Both the position numbers and the translations under genes were made by a program. A DNA stretch of 64,000 nucleotides. Origin: Gammaproteobacteria bacterium. Lineage in GTDB: Bacteria; Pseudomonadota; Gammaproteobacteria; Steroidobacterales; Foliamicaceae. The DNA lies in the NCBI GenBank assembly GCA_028821145.1, contig JAPPHC010000023.1, forward strand, positions 5,305 through 69,304, in the 5' to 3' direction. This document shows, piece by piece, positions 1 through 7,409 of the stretch; positions within the stretch are counted from its first letter, which is position 1; every line of letters begins with the position of its first letter. The notes below the pieces were generated by a model. The model was not told where the DNA came from. It saw nothing but the letters and a program-made list of their open reading frames with translations, and searched no databases.

Positions 1-144
1 ACGGCCGAGGTGCGGGAGGAGATCGCGCGTGCCCTGGCGGGCGGCAGGTTGCTGGCGCACGACAGTGCCCCGGCGCAAGGCAATGCCCCAGCGGAACGCC
101 AGACGGCGAATTCCCAATCGGCGGCGCCGGAGGTCCGGCCATGA
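1..144 (+). CDS. 3' end of an upstream tra-operon gene (partial, unidentified)
   Basis: Frame 1 is open from position 1 to TGA at 142-144. This stop overlaps the ATG of the next gene (ATGA coupling). 47 aa is too short to identify. Confidence 0.3.
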   Translation, partial: TAEVREEIARALAGGRLLAHDSAPAQGNAPAERQTANSQSAAPEVRP

Positions 145-779
145 CGGCGCGCCGAGTCCCGGGGCGTAGGCGCGCGGAGCGCGAACGGGGTTATGCCGCG
201 CTGGTCCTGCTGCTCGGCCTGCTGGCGCTGTGGCTGACGATCCTCTCCCTCGTGCACTTCAACGCGAGCTGGTCCGGCGACGCGTGGGGCTACCTGCGCC
301 TGCCCCTGTTCGGCGAACCCGAGTTTGGCGCGGCGGTGATGTTCGCGCCGCCGGACGACGTGAACTCGCCGGTGCCGTATCTCAAGACCGTGCGCGGTCT
401 GCCGGGCGCGGCGGTCGTAGTGGACGCCGACGGCACGGTGTGGATCGACGGAACGGCCGTCGGACGGGCCAAGCCGAACGCACTCGACGGACGACGGCTG
501 ACGTCGGTCGAGTCCGGGACGATTCCGGCAGGCCATTACTACCTGCACTCGGATCATCCCGACAGCCACGACAGCCGCTACGCGGAGATCGGGCTGGTGC
601 CCCGGGAGCGCATCCTGGGTCGCGCCGTGGCGCTGCCGGACATCCCCTGGCTGGGGCTCGACGGTCCGCTGGCCGGTCCGGAAGCCGTCCATGGCGGCGG
701 CGCCCAGCGGGCGGAATCGCCGGACGCGGTTCTGCCGCACGCAGCGCTGCCGCGCGCGGTGCCGGGGGCGGGCCGATGA
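141..779 (+). CDS. S26-family conjugative signal peptidase (plasmid TraF/TrhF-like)
   Basis: N-terminal TM helix (YAALVLLLGLLALWLTILSLV). NASWSGDAWGY and HDSRYAEIGLV resemble the NxSxSxPxGxY and DSRYxG signatures of transfer-associated leader peptidases. ATGA overlap with traW. Confidence 0.7.
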   Translation: MTARRVPGRRRAERERGYAALVLLLGLLALWLTILSLVHFNASWSGDAWGYLRLPLFGEPEFGAAVMFAPPDDVNSPVPYLKTVRGLPGAAVVVDADGTVWIDGTAVGRAKPNALDGRRLTSVESGTIPAGHYYLHSDHPDSHDSRYAEIGLVPRERILGRAVALPDIPWLGLDGPLAGPEAVHGGGAQRAESPDAVLPHAALPRAVPGAGR

Positions 780-1528
780 CGGGCCGCGCATTCGGCTTGG
801 CGGCATGGACCTGTCTGGCCATGCTGGGACTGGCCGCATCGCCCGCGCTGGCGCGCGATCTCGGCGTGCGCGGCGCGACCTGGTCCATCACCGAAACCGA
901 CCTGCTGGCGGATATCGAGGCGCGGCTCACCATCATGGAACGCTCCGGCGAACTGGCGCGGCTGGAAGACGATGCGCGGGAACGCGCCCGGCGTTCCCTT
1001 GAGCAACCGGAGCCCGTGCCCGGCATTGTCCCGGCGACCCAATACCGCACTCGCGAGTTCGATCCCGCCATCGTCGTGGCGCAGGACATCCTCGGCCCCG
1101 ACGGCGAAGTTCTCGCGGCGGCGGGCACCCGGATCGACCCGTTCGAGCACGTCACGCTGACGGCCGACGTGCTGTTCGTCGACGGACGGCGCGAGGCGGA
1201 AATCGCCTGGGCGCTGGCGCGCGAACGGCCCGCGAAAATCGTGCTGCTCGCCGGACGGTCGCTCGACCTCATGCGCCGACACGGACGGCCGTTCTACTTC
1301 GACCTCGGCGGGCGGCTCGCCGAACGGTTCGCGATCCGCGCGACCCCCACGGTGCTGTCCCCTGGCGGGGAGCAATCCGCTGGCGCGGCCCCTGGCGGGG
1401 AGCGTGGCCCTGACGGAAACCGCCTGCTGCTGACCGAAATCCCTGTGCGGGACCGGCCGCCGGCCGGTTGCGCCCCGCCACCCGAATCCATCCCCCAACC
1501 CACCGAAAGGAGACCACCGCCATGCTGA
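776..1528 (+). CDS. traW: Type-F conjugative transfer protein TraW
   Basis: Signal peptide (AMLGLAASPALA), then RGATWSITETDLLADIEARL...FDPAIVV...VLFVDGRR...RATPTV, typical of TraW. Sits between the peptidase and traU as in F-like/SXT-like systems. Confidence 0.8.
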   Translation: MTGRAFGLAAWTCLAMLGLAASPALARDLGVRGATWSITETDLLADIEARLTIMERSGELARLEDDARERARRSLEQPEPVPGIVPATQYRTREFDPAIVVAQDILGPDGEVLAAAGTRIDPFEHVTLTADVLFVDGRREAEIAWALARERPAKIVLLAGRSLDLMRRHGRPFYFDLGGRLAERFAIRATPTVLSPGGEQSAGAAPGGERGPDGNRLLLTEIPVRDRPPAGCAPPPESIPQPTERRPPPC

Positions 1529-1908
1529 ACGTGAACCGGGTCACGCTGCTCGGCCACGCCGGACGCGATCCAGAGGTCCGGACACTGAACAACGGCAACA
1601 AGGCCGCGTCGTTCCCGCTCGCCACGACCGAGCGCTGGAAGGATCGCGACGGTCAACCGGCCGAAAACACCGAGTGGCACCGCGTCGTGGCCTACGGCGC
1701 TGCGGCGGACGCCGCCGAAAGGCTGCTGCGCAAGGGCAGCGCCGCGCTCGTCGAGGGCCGCCTTTCCACGCGCGAGTGCCGCGACCGCGACGGCAACGAC
1801 CGAATCGTGACCGAGATCGTCGTCGCCGGCCCCCAGGGCGTGTTGAACGCGCTCGGACGGCGCGTACGCGAAACGGACGGTTCGCCCGGCACGGAGGAAA
1901 GCCCGTGA
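1522..1908 (+). CDS. ssb: Single-stranded DNA-binding protein, short form without acidic C-terminal tip
   Basis: RBS AAGGAG at 1507-1512. OB-fold SSB motifs MLNVNRVTLLGHAGRDPEVR and TEWHRVVAYG. Ends TDGSPGTEESP with no DDDIPF-type tail. Confidence 0.8.
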   Translation: MLNVNRVTLLGHAGRDPEVRTLNNGNKAASFPLATTERWKDRDGQPAENTEWHRVVAYGAAADAAERLLRKGSAALVEGRLSTRECRDRDGNDRIVTEIVVAGPQGVLNALGRRVRETDGSPGTEESP

Positions 1909-2909
1909 GGCGCCTGCCGTTCGCGGCCGCTGCGACCGTCGCCCTGGGCCTCGCGCTGTGGTCCGCGGGCGCCTCGGCGCAAATGTGCACGGGCCGCTTC
2001 GTCAACCCGATCGCCGACGTGTGCTGGGAGTGCCTGTTCCCGATCTCCATCGGGCCGGTCGACATCGGCGGCGCTTCGGGCGCGCCCGACACGCCCAACC
2101 CTTCGTCGCCGATCTGCTTCTGCGGCTCGCCCATCCCCCGCATCGGGCTGTCGCTCGGGGTGTGGGAGCCGGCGCGGCTGGTGGACGTCACGCGCACGCC
2201 CTGGTGCTTTCCTAACCTCGGCGGACTCGACCTCGATCCGGGGCTGCCGGCGGCGCGCGGGCGCACCGGGTCGTCGGGCGGCGACGGCGCCGCGGGCTCG
2301 GTGTGGCACGCGCACTACTACGTCTATCCGCTCCTGTCGTGGATCGGCGCGCTGCTCGACCTCGGCTGTCTCGAGGGCGGGAGTCTCGACATCGCCTGGA
2401 TCTCGGAACTCGATCCGGCCTGGCTCGACGACGAGCTGTCGTTCCTGCTGAACCCGGAGGCGGCGCTGTTCGCCAATGTGCCCGCGCAAGCGGCCTGTGC
2501 GGCGGACTGCGCCGCGGCCTCGGCGGGCCTGCCGCTCGATCCGCTGTTCTGGTGCGCCGGCTGCCAGGGCGGGATGTACCCGCTGACCGGCAACGTGGCC
2601 GCGCACGTCGGCGGCGTGCAGGCGTCTCTGCTCGCCGCCCAGCGGCTGGTGTACCGGCTGCATCGCCTGGGCCTGGCCCGGGGCACCTCGGGATCGGCTG
2701 CGCTGTGCGGCGACTATCCCATGCCGGTCATGAAGAAAAGCCAATACCGCTGGCAGATGACGCAGCCCGTGCCGGCGACGACCCCGGCGACCGGCTGCAA
2801 CCCCACGGGCCGGACCTCGGTGCTGTGGGAGGCGCTTCGCGAACTGCCCGTCTCGGGCGAGAGCTTCGGCTACCTGCTGTGGAGGAAACGCAATTGCTGC
2901 ATTCTGTAA
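1905..2909 (+). CDS. traU: Type-F conjugative transfer protein TraU
   Basis: GTG start overlapping the ssb stop (GTGA), RBS GGAGGA at 1893-1898, signal peptide. Cys-rich TraU hallmarks include CTGRFVNPIADVCWECLFPISIG and LFWCAGCQGGMYPLTG. Ends WRKRNCCIL. Confidence 0.9.
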   Translation: MRRLPFAAAATVALGLALWSAGASAQMCTGRFVNPIADVCWECLFPISIGPVDIGGASGAPDTPNPSSPICFCGSPIPRIGLSLGVWEPARLVDVTRTPWCFPNLGGLDLDPGLPAARGRTGSSGGDGAAGSVWHAHYYVYPLLSWIGALLDLGCLEGGSLDIAWISELDPAWLDDELSFLLNPEAALFANVPAQAACAADCAAASAGLPLDPLFWCAGCQGGMYPLTGNVAAHVGGVQASLLAAQRLVYRLHRLGLARGTSGSAALCGDYPMPVMKKSQYRWQMTQPVPATTPATGCNPTGRTSVLWEALRELPVSGESFGYLLWRKRNCCIL

Positions 2910-3781
2910 CGAAGAGCCTCGAACAGCGCGCCGGGGCTTTCGCCCGAGGCGGGTGCTGCGCACGGCAGTGCCGCGTGCGCCAGCACCGCGCAAGACGGAT
3001 CGCCTGGCGCGGAATCGCCGCCGCCGCGTTGCTGGCTCCGAGCATGGAAGCGGCCCTGGCCCAGGAGCCACCGCCGTCGGCGGAGGACCTGGCGCGGGCC
3101 GTCGTCGAGGACGCCGGCGCCGCCGGCGGGGAACGCGCCGACGTTCGCGCGTTGGTCGACGCGGTCCATGCCGGGGCCGGCTCATCGACCGGATCCGGCG
3201 GGCTCGTGGACTGGACCGGCTCGGCGATCGCTGACGCGCTGCGCCGCGCCGGCGCGGGGGCTTCGGACACGGCTGCCGCGGCCGCCGGCGGCGGGCCCGC
3301 CGCACCGCTTCCGGCCGAGACACACGCGGGGCGGGCCGTGGAGGATTTCGCCGCCCGCCAGGGCACGGCCGAGGTGCTGGTGTTCATGAGCCTGGCGGCG
3401 CCGGAGGCGAGCTGGGTGCAGTGGGCCGCGCAAACCGCGCGAATCGGTGCGCCGCTGGTGCTGCGGGGCGTATTGCCCGGCGGACTGCGGGCCACGGCAA
3501 CCGAGATCGAACGGCGCCTGGGCGGCCACGAAACCGGCGTCGCGGTGGATCCCCGGCTGTTCAGGCTGTTCGGCGTCGAGCGGGTACCGGCGGTGGTCGC
3601 CGTCCCGGGCGGCGTCCCGGCCTGCGCAAATCGCGGGTGCGCGGGCGACGCCGCGCCGCCGTTCGACGCGGTGGCCGGCAACATCGGCCTCGTGGCCGCG
3701 CTGGAAGCCATCGCCGCGGAGGGCGCTGTCGCGCGGGAGACCGCGCTCGCGTACCTCGAACGGCTCGGGAGGCGGCCGTGA
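2894..3781 (+). CDS. trbC: Type-F pilus assembly protein TrbC
   Basis: VLVFMSLAAPEASWVQW...GAPLVLRGVLPG...VAVDPRLFRLFGVERVPAVVAV matches the TrbC pattern. The TTG start at 2894 with RBS GGAGGA at 2881-2886 is a guess; a later start is possible. Confidence 0.7.
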   Translation: MLHSVTKSLEQRAGAFARGGCCARQCRVRQHRARRIAWRGIAAAALLAPSMEAALAQEPPPSAEDLARAVVEDAGAAGGERADVRALVDAVHAGAGSSTGSGGLVDWTGSAIADALRRAGAGASDTAAAAAGGGPAAPLPAETHAGRAVEDFAARQGTAEVLVFMSLAAPEASWVQWAAQTARIGAPLVLRGVLPGGLRATATEIERRLGGHETGVAVDPRLFRLFGVERVPAVVAVPGGVPACANRGCAGDAAPPFDAVAGNIGLVAALEAIAAEGAVARETALAYLERLGRRP

Positions 3782-4020
3782 GGACCCCGGCGAACGCCCG
3801 CGAGGGCCGGGTGGCATCCGCCTTCGAGCGCGCGGCGGACTTCGTGCGCCTGCTCGCCTGGTCCGCGATGGCGGGCGGATATGGCCTGATGCTCTGGGCG
3901 CTGTCGGAATCCGCCTACGCGGACGGTCGAACGGACGCGCGGTGCGTGACGGCCGCGGCCGCTGGGCAAGCCGCCGAAGGAACGGCAGAACACCCGGAAC
4001 GCCCGGGGGCTCGGCCGTGA
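3778..4020 (+). CDS. Small hypothetical membrane/secreted protein (duplicate of the traN leader region)
   Basis: GTG start overlapping the trbC stop (GTGA). The hydrophobic segment FVRLLAWSAMAGGYGLMLWALS resembles the TraN N-terminus IVRLLAWLAMFAACCVMLWILS. Confidence 0.35.
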   Translation: MRTPANAREGRVASAFERAADFVRLLAWSAMAGGYGLMLWALSESAYADGRTDARCVTAAAAGQAAEGTAEHPERPGARP

Positions 4021-4025
4021 CGGCG

Positions 4026-5159
4026 ATGCGCGAACCGCAGCCGCACCGCTTGGCGCCGCTCGTCGATCTCGCCACCCGGATCGTCCGGCTGCTGGCCTGG
4101 CTAGCGATGTTCGCCGCCTGCTGCGTGATGCTGTGGATCCTGTCGGGGACGGCGGCCCGAGCTGATGACCCGAAGGACGCGGCACGGCAGGTCGGCCGGG
4201 CCGGCGCGGCCCAGGCCGGGGCGATCGCGCGCGATGGGGCCAACGCGCAAGCGGTTCCCGGCTTCGCCGGGACGAACGTCCCCGAGCGCCATCTGACCGA
4301 CGCCGGCATGGAAAACGCCACGCGACGGCGGCTGGCGGATCCGGACGATCCCGGCGGCTCGGCCGGGCGCGCGGTGATCGACGGTGCGGCTGCCCGGCCC
4401 GCCGCCCCGGTTCCGGCCAACGACCCCGCCGTGGCACGCGCCCGGGCCGTGCAGTCCGCGCCGGAAGATGCCGGCCACCGCGCCAGTGGTCTCGCCTCGG
4501 GCGGCTCGGCGGACTGCGCCGCCGGCGTGACCGACGCCGGGCGCGGGGGGGCGTGCGGACGCGCTTCGTACTGCGTCGGCGCCGGCTGCGAGACCGTCGA
4601 GTCGAGGAGCAACACCGGCTTCGCCCGCTCGGCGGCCATGCTGAACATGGTGGTCGAGATGGGCGGCGACGAGTTCGACCGCAACGATCTCAGGTTCTTC
4701 TCCGGCGAAGAACGCACCTGCGAGATCAAATTTGCGGGACTGGCCAATTGCTGCCGGGACTCCGGGCTGCTGGTGGGGCTCGCGAATTGCTCGGCCGAGG
4801 AGAAGGAACTCGCCGAGGAGCGCCACGCCGGCAACACCCATTATCTCGGGCGGCGCTGCGCCAAGCGGGTGTTCGGCGTGTGCGTGAAGCGCGAGCGCGC
4901 CTGGTGCCTGTTCGGCTCCAAGCTCGGGCGCATCCTGCACCAGCAGGCGCGCCCGCAGCTCGGCATCGGCTGGAGCCACTGCGAGGGGTTCACGGTCGGC
5001 CAGGTCGAGCGCATCGACTTCGACCGATTGAATTTGTCCGAGTTCACGGAGAACCTGGAGGACGGCGCGCGAGAACCCGCGGTTGTCCTGCCCGAGAAGG
5101 GCGGCACGCAGAACGACATGGCCGAGCGCGTGCGCCGCCTGCGCGGAGAGAACCCGTGA
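4026..5159 (+). CDS. traN: Type-F mating-pair stabilisation protein TraN
   Basis: Cys-rich C-terminal half (GAGCETVESRSNTGF, FAGLANCCRDSG, LANCSAEEKELAEERHAGNTHYLGRRCAKRVFGVC, ERAWCLFGSKLGRILHQQ) is typical of TraN. An in-frame GTG at 4017 overlapping the upstream stop is an alternative start. Confidence 0.8.
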   Translation: MREPQPHRLAPLVDLATRIVRLLAWLAMFAACCVMLWILSGTAARADDPKDAARQVGRAGAAQAGAIARDGANAQAVPGFAGTNVPERHLTDAGMENATRRRLADPDDPGGSAGRAVIDGAAARPAAPVPANDPAVARARAVQSAPEDAGHRASGLASGGSADCAAGVTDAGRGGACGRASYCVGAGCETVESRSNTGFARSAAMLNMVVEMGGDEFDRNDLRFFSGEERTCEIKFAGLANCCRDSGLLVGLANCSAEEKELAEERHAGNTHYLGRRCAKRVFGVCVKRERAWCLFGSKLGRILHQQARPQLGIGWSHCEGFTVGQVERIDFDRLNLSEFTENLEDGAREPAVVLPEKGGTQNDMAERVRRLRGENP

Positions 5160-5971
5160 CGCCCGGGCGCTTGTTTCGCTTGTTCGCATCGGCGCTTTGT
5201 CTGGCGGCGATCCTTTGCTCTCCCGCCGCATCGGCGGCGGGAGAGTGGCGCGGCTGGTGCGGGCAGCCGGGCGCGGAAGCCCGACTCGGCTGGCACTTCT
5301 ACTGCGACCGGGAGGAAGACGAGACCGAGTATGGGCTCGAATCGGTCGACCCCGGAGCGTCGGCATCCTCGATCCAACGCATCGAGTCCATCCGCCGGGC
5401 GCTGGAGGAATCCCGCGCGGCGGCGATCCTCGATCCCTCGCCCGCGAAGGTGGGGGCGTATCTCCGCCTTCAACGGGAGACGTTGCAGCGCGCGGCCGCG
5501 TTCTCCGACGCGTTCCGGCGCACCGTCTGGGCGACGCCGGACCTGGACTACACCATGACGCGCCCCGTGGGCGCGCTGGCCAAGCAACTGTGGTCCGACG
5601 CGCGGCGGGACGAGCGCGACGCGGCGCTACGCAACTTGGCCGAACGCTACGGGCTGATCTACCTCGGCCACCCGGCCTGTTCGGAATGCCGGGTGTTCGG
5701 GCCGCTGCTGCGCGCGTTCGCCCTGCGCCACGGGCTGGACGTGCTGGCCGTGTCGATGACCGGCGAGGCGCTGGAGGGCTGGCCGGAGGCGGTGCCCGAC
5801 CACGGGCGCGCCGCGGCGCTCGGCCTCGACGGCGCGCCCACGCCGGCGGTCGTCCTGTTCGACGCCGAAACCCGACAAGTCCTGCCCGTCGGGTTCGGGG
5901 TGCTCGCCGAGGATGCGCTCGCCGAGCGCATCTTCGTCCTCACCCAACGGGAGACCGGCCATGACTACTAA
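5156..5971 (+). CDS. traF: TraF-like thioredoxin-fold pilus assembly protein (CXXC retained)
   Basis: GTG start overlapping the traN stop, signal peptide. YGLIYLGHPACSECRVFGPLLRAFALRHGLDVLAVSMTG is the TraF/TrbB thioredoxin-like core with a CSEC motif. Confidence 0.75.
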   Translation: MTPGRLFRLFASALCLAAILCSPAASAAGEWRGWCGQPGAEARLGWHFYCDREEDETEYGLESVDPGASASSIQRIESIRRALEESRAAAILDPSPAKVGAYLRLQRETLQRAAAFSDAFRRTVWATPDLDYTMTRPVGALAKQLWSDARRDERDAALRNLAERYGLIYLGHPACSECRVFGPLLRAFALRHGLDVLAVSMTGEALEGWPEAVPDHGRAAALGLDGAPTPAVVLFDAETRQVLPVGFGVLAEDALAERIFVLTQRETGHDY

Positions 5972-7376
5972 GGTCCTGCGGACGGCGGGCTTGCAGGCGG
6001 CGGCCCTGCTTGCAGCCGTGGCGTTCGCGATATGGCCTGCGCGGGCAGACGTGCTCTCGGAGATGGAGTCGTTCTGGCAGGGCGCGGCGGTGAACACCAC
6101 CGGCCCCACCGCGTTCGACGGCCAGGCCTCGGGCCACTGGACGCTCGGCAACCTGTATATGCGCGCCCCGGTGCGCACCGAGCAGATCGCGACGCTCAGC
6201 CTGCCGAGCTTCCGGGCCGGCTGCGGGGGCATCGACGCGTTCGCCGGGGCGTTCTCGTTCATCGACTCCGACCAGTTGATCGCCTTCGGGCGCGCGGTGG
6301 CGCAGAACGCCGCCGGGTTCGCGTTCGAGCTGGCGCTGGAGACGATCTCTCCGGTGATCGCCGAAACCATGTCCAAGCTCCGGGCGCTGTCGCAGTGGGT
6401 GAACAACCAGAACCTCAACTCCTGCGAGAGCGCCCAGGCGCTGGTCGGCGCCGCGTGGGCCCGAAACGACCGCGCGAGCGAGGCGATCTGCGCCGCCATC
6501 GGCACGTCCCAGGGCATCTTCTCCGACTACGCCGCCGCGAAGCACGGCTGCGGCGCGGGCGGCAAGCGCAACTCGACTCTGGCTTCGGCCACCGGGCCGA
6601 TGGCGGATCAGGTGCCGGTAAACGTCAACTATGCCTGGCGCGCGGTGCAGGCATCCGCCTTCCTGTCCGCCGATACCGATCTCGCCGAGTTCGCGATGTC
6701 GGTATCCGGCACCGTGATCGTCACCGCGCCCACCTCGGACGGCGACGTGTCCGGCCCGCATGTGCGCGTCCTCGAACCGCTGGCGCTGGACCGCCGCGTG
6801 ACGGAAGTGCTCATGGAGGGCGGCGGCAACCTGCCGGTCTACCGCTGCGACACGGCCACCGACTGCCTGAACCCGACCCAGGGCCAGGCGGCCGTGCCCG
6901 CCGACCGGGGCTACAGGGCGCGGGTCTCGGACCTGCTGCGGCGCCTGGCGGAAGCCGTGCGCAACGACACGGCGCCCCCGCCCGACGCGCTGGGGCTCGT
7001 GAACCTGACGACCATCCCTGTCTACCGGGTCATCAACGCAGCGGCGGCCTACCGCGGCGCGGTGATCGACAGCGAGATCGACGCGCTTGCCGAGGCCGTG
7101 GCGCTGGACCTGCTGCAGGTCTGGATCGCGGACCTGCACCGGACGGTCGAGGAGCGCGCCGGAACCCTCGACATCGCCGACGGGGCGCAACTGGAGCGCT
7201 GGCGCGAGGGCCTGCGGGCCAACCGCGCGGCGCTCGCCCAACACCGCAACGAGGGCCTGGCGCGGTTCAACACCGCGCTCGCCGTGGTCGAAAAGCTTCG
7301 GCTGATCGAGACCGAACTCGCCGGCGCGCTGTCGGCGGATCTCCGCGCCGCGCTCGCCTACGCCCGAGGCCGCTAG
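5961..7376 (+). CDS. traH: Type-F conjugative transfer protein TraH
   Basis: Signal peptide, then SEMESFWQGAAVNTTGPTAF...LSLPSFRAGCGGIDAFAGAFSFI...NLNSCESAQALVG, characteristic of TraH. Confidence 0.9.
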   Translation: MTTKVLRTAGLQAAALLAAVAFAIWPARADVLSEMESFWQGAAVNTTGPTAFDGQASGHWTLGNLYMRAPVRTEQIATLSLPSFRAGCGGIDAFAGAFSFIDSDQLIAFGRAVAQNAAGFAFELALETISPVIAETMSKLRALSQWVNNQNLNSCESAQALVGAAWARNDRASEAICAAIGTSQGIFSDYAAAKHGCGAGGKRNSTLASATGPMADQVPVNVNYAWRAVQASAFLSADTDLAEFAMSVSGTVIVTAPTSDGDVSGPHVRVLEPLALDRRVTEVLMEGGGNLPVYRCDTATDCLNPTQGQAAVPADRGYRARVSDLLRRLAEAVRNDTAPPPDALGLVNLTTIPVYRVINAAAAYRGAVIDSEIDALAEAVALDLLQVWIADLHRTVEERAGTLDIADGAQLERWREGLRANRAALAQHRNEGLARFNTALAVVEKLRLIETELAGALSADLRAALAYARGR

Positions 7377-7409
7377 GCGCCTGGCGGCGCGGCATATCGG
7401 GGGTACGGT

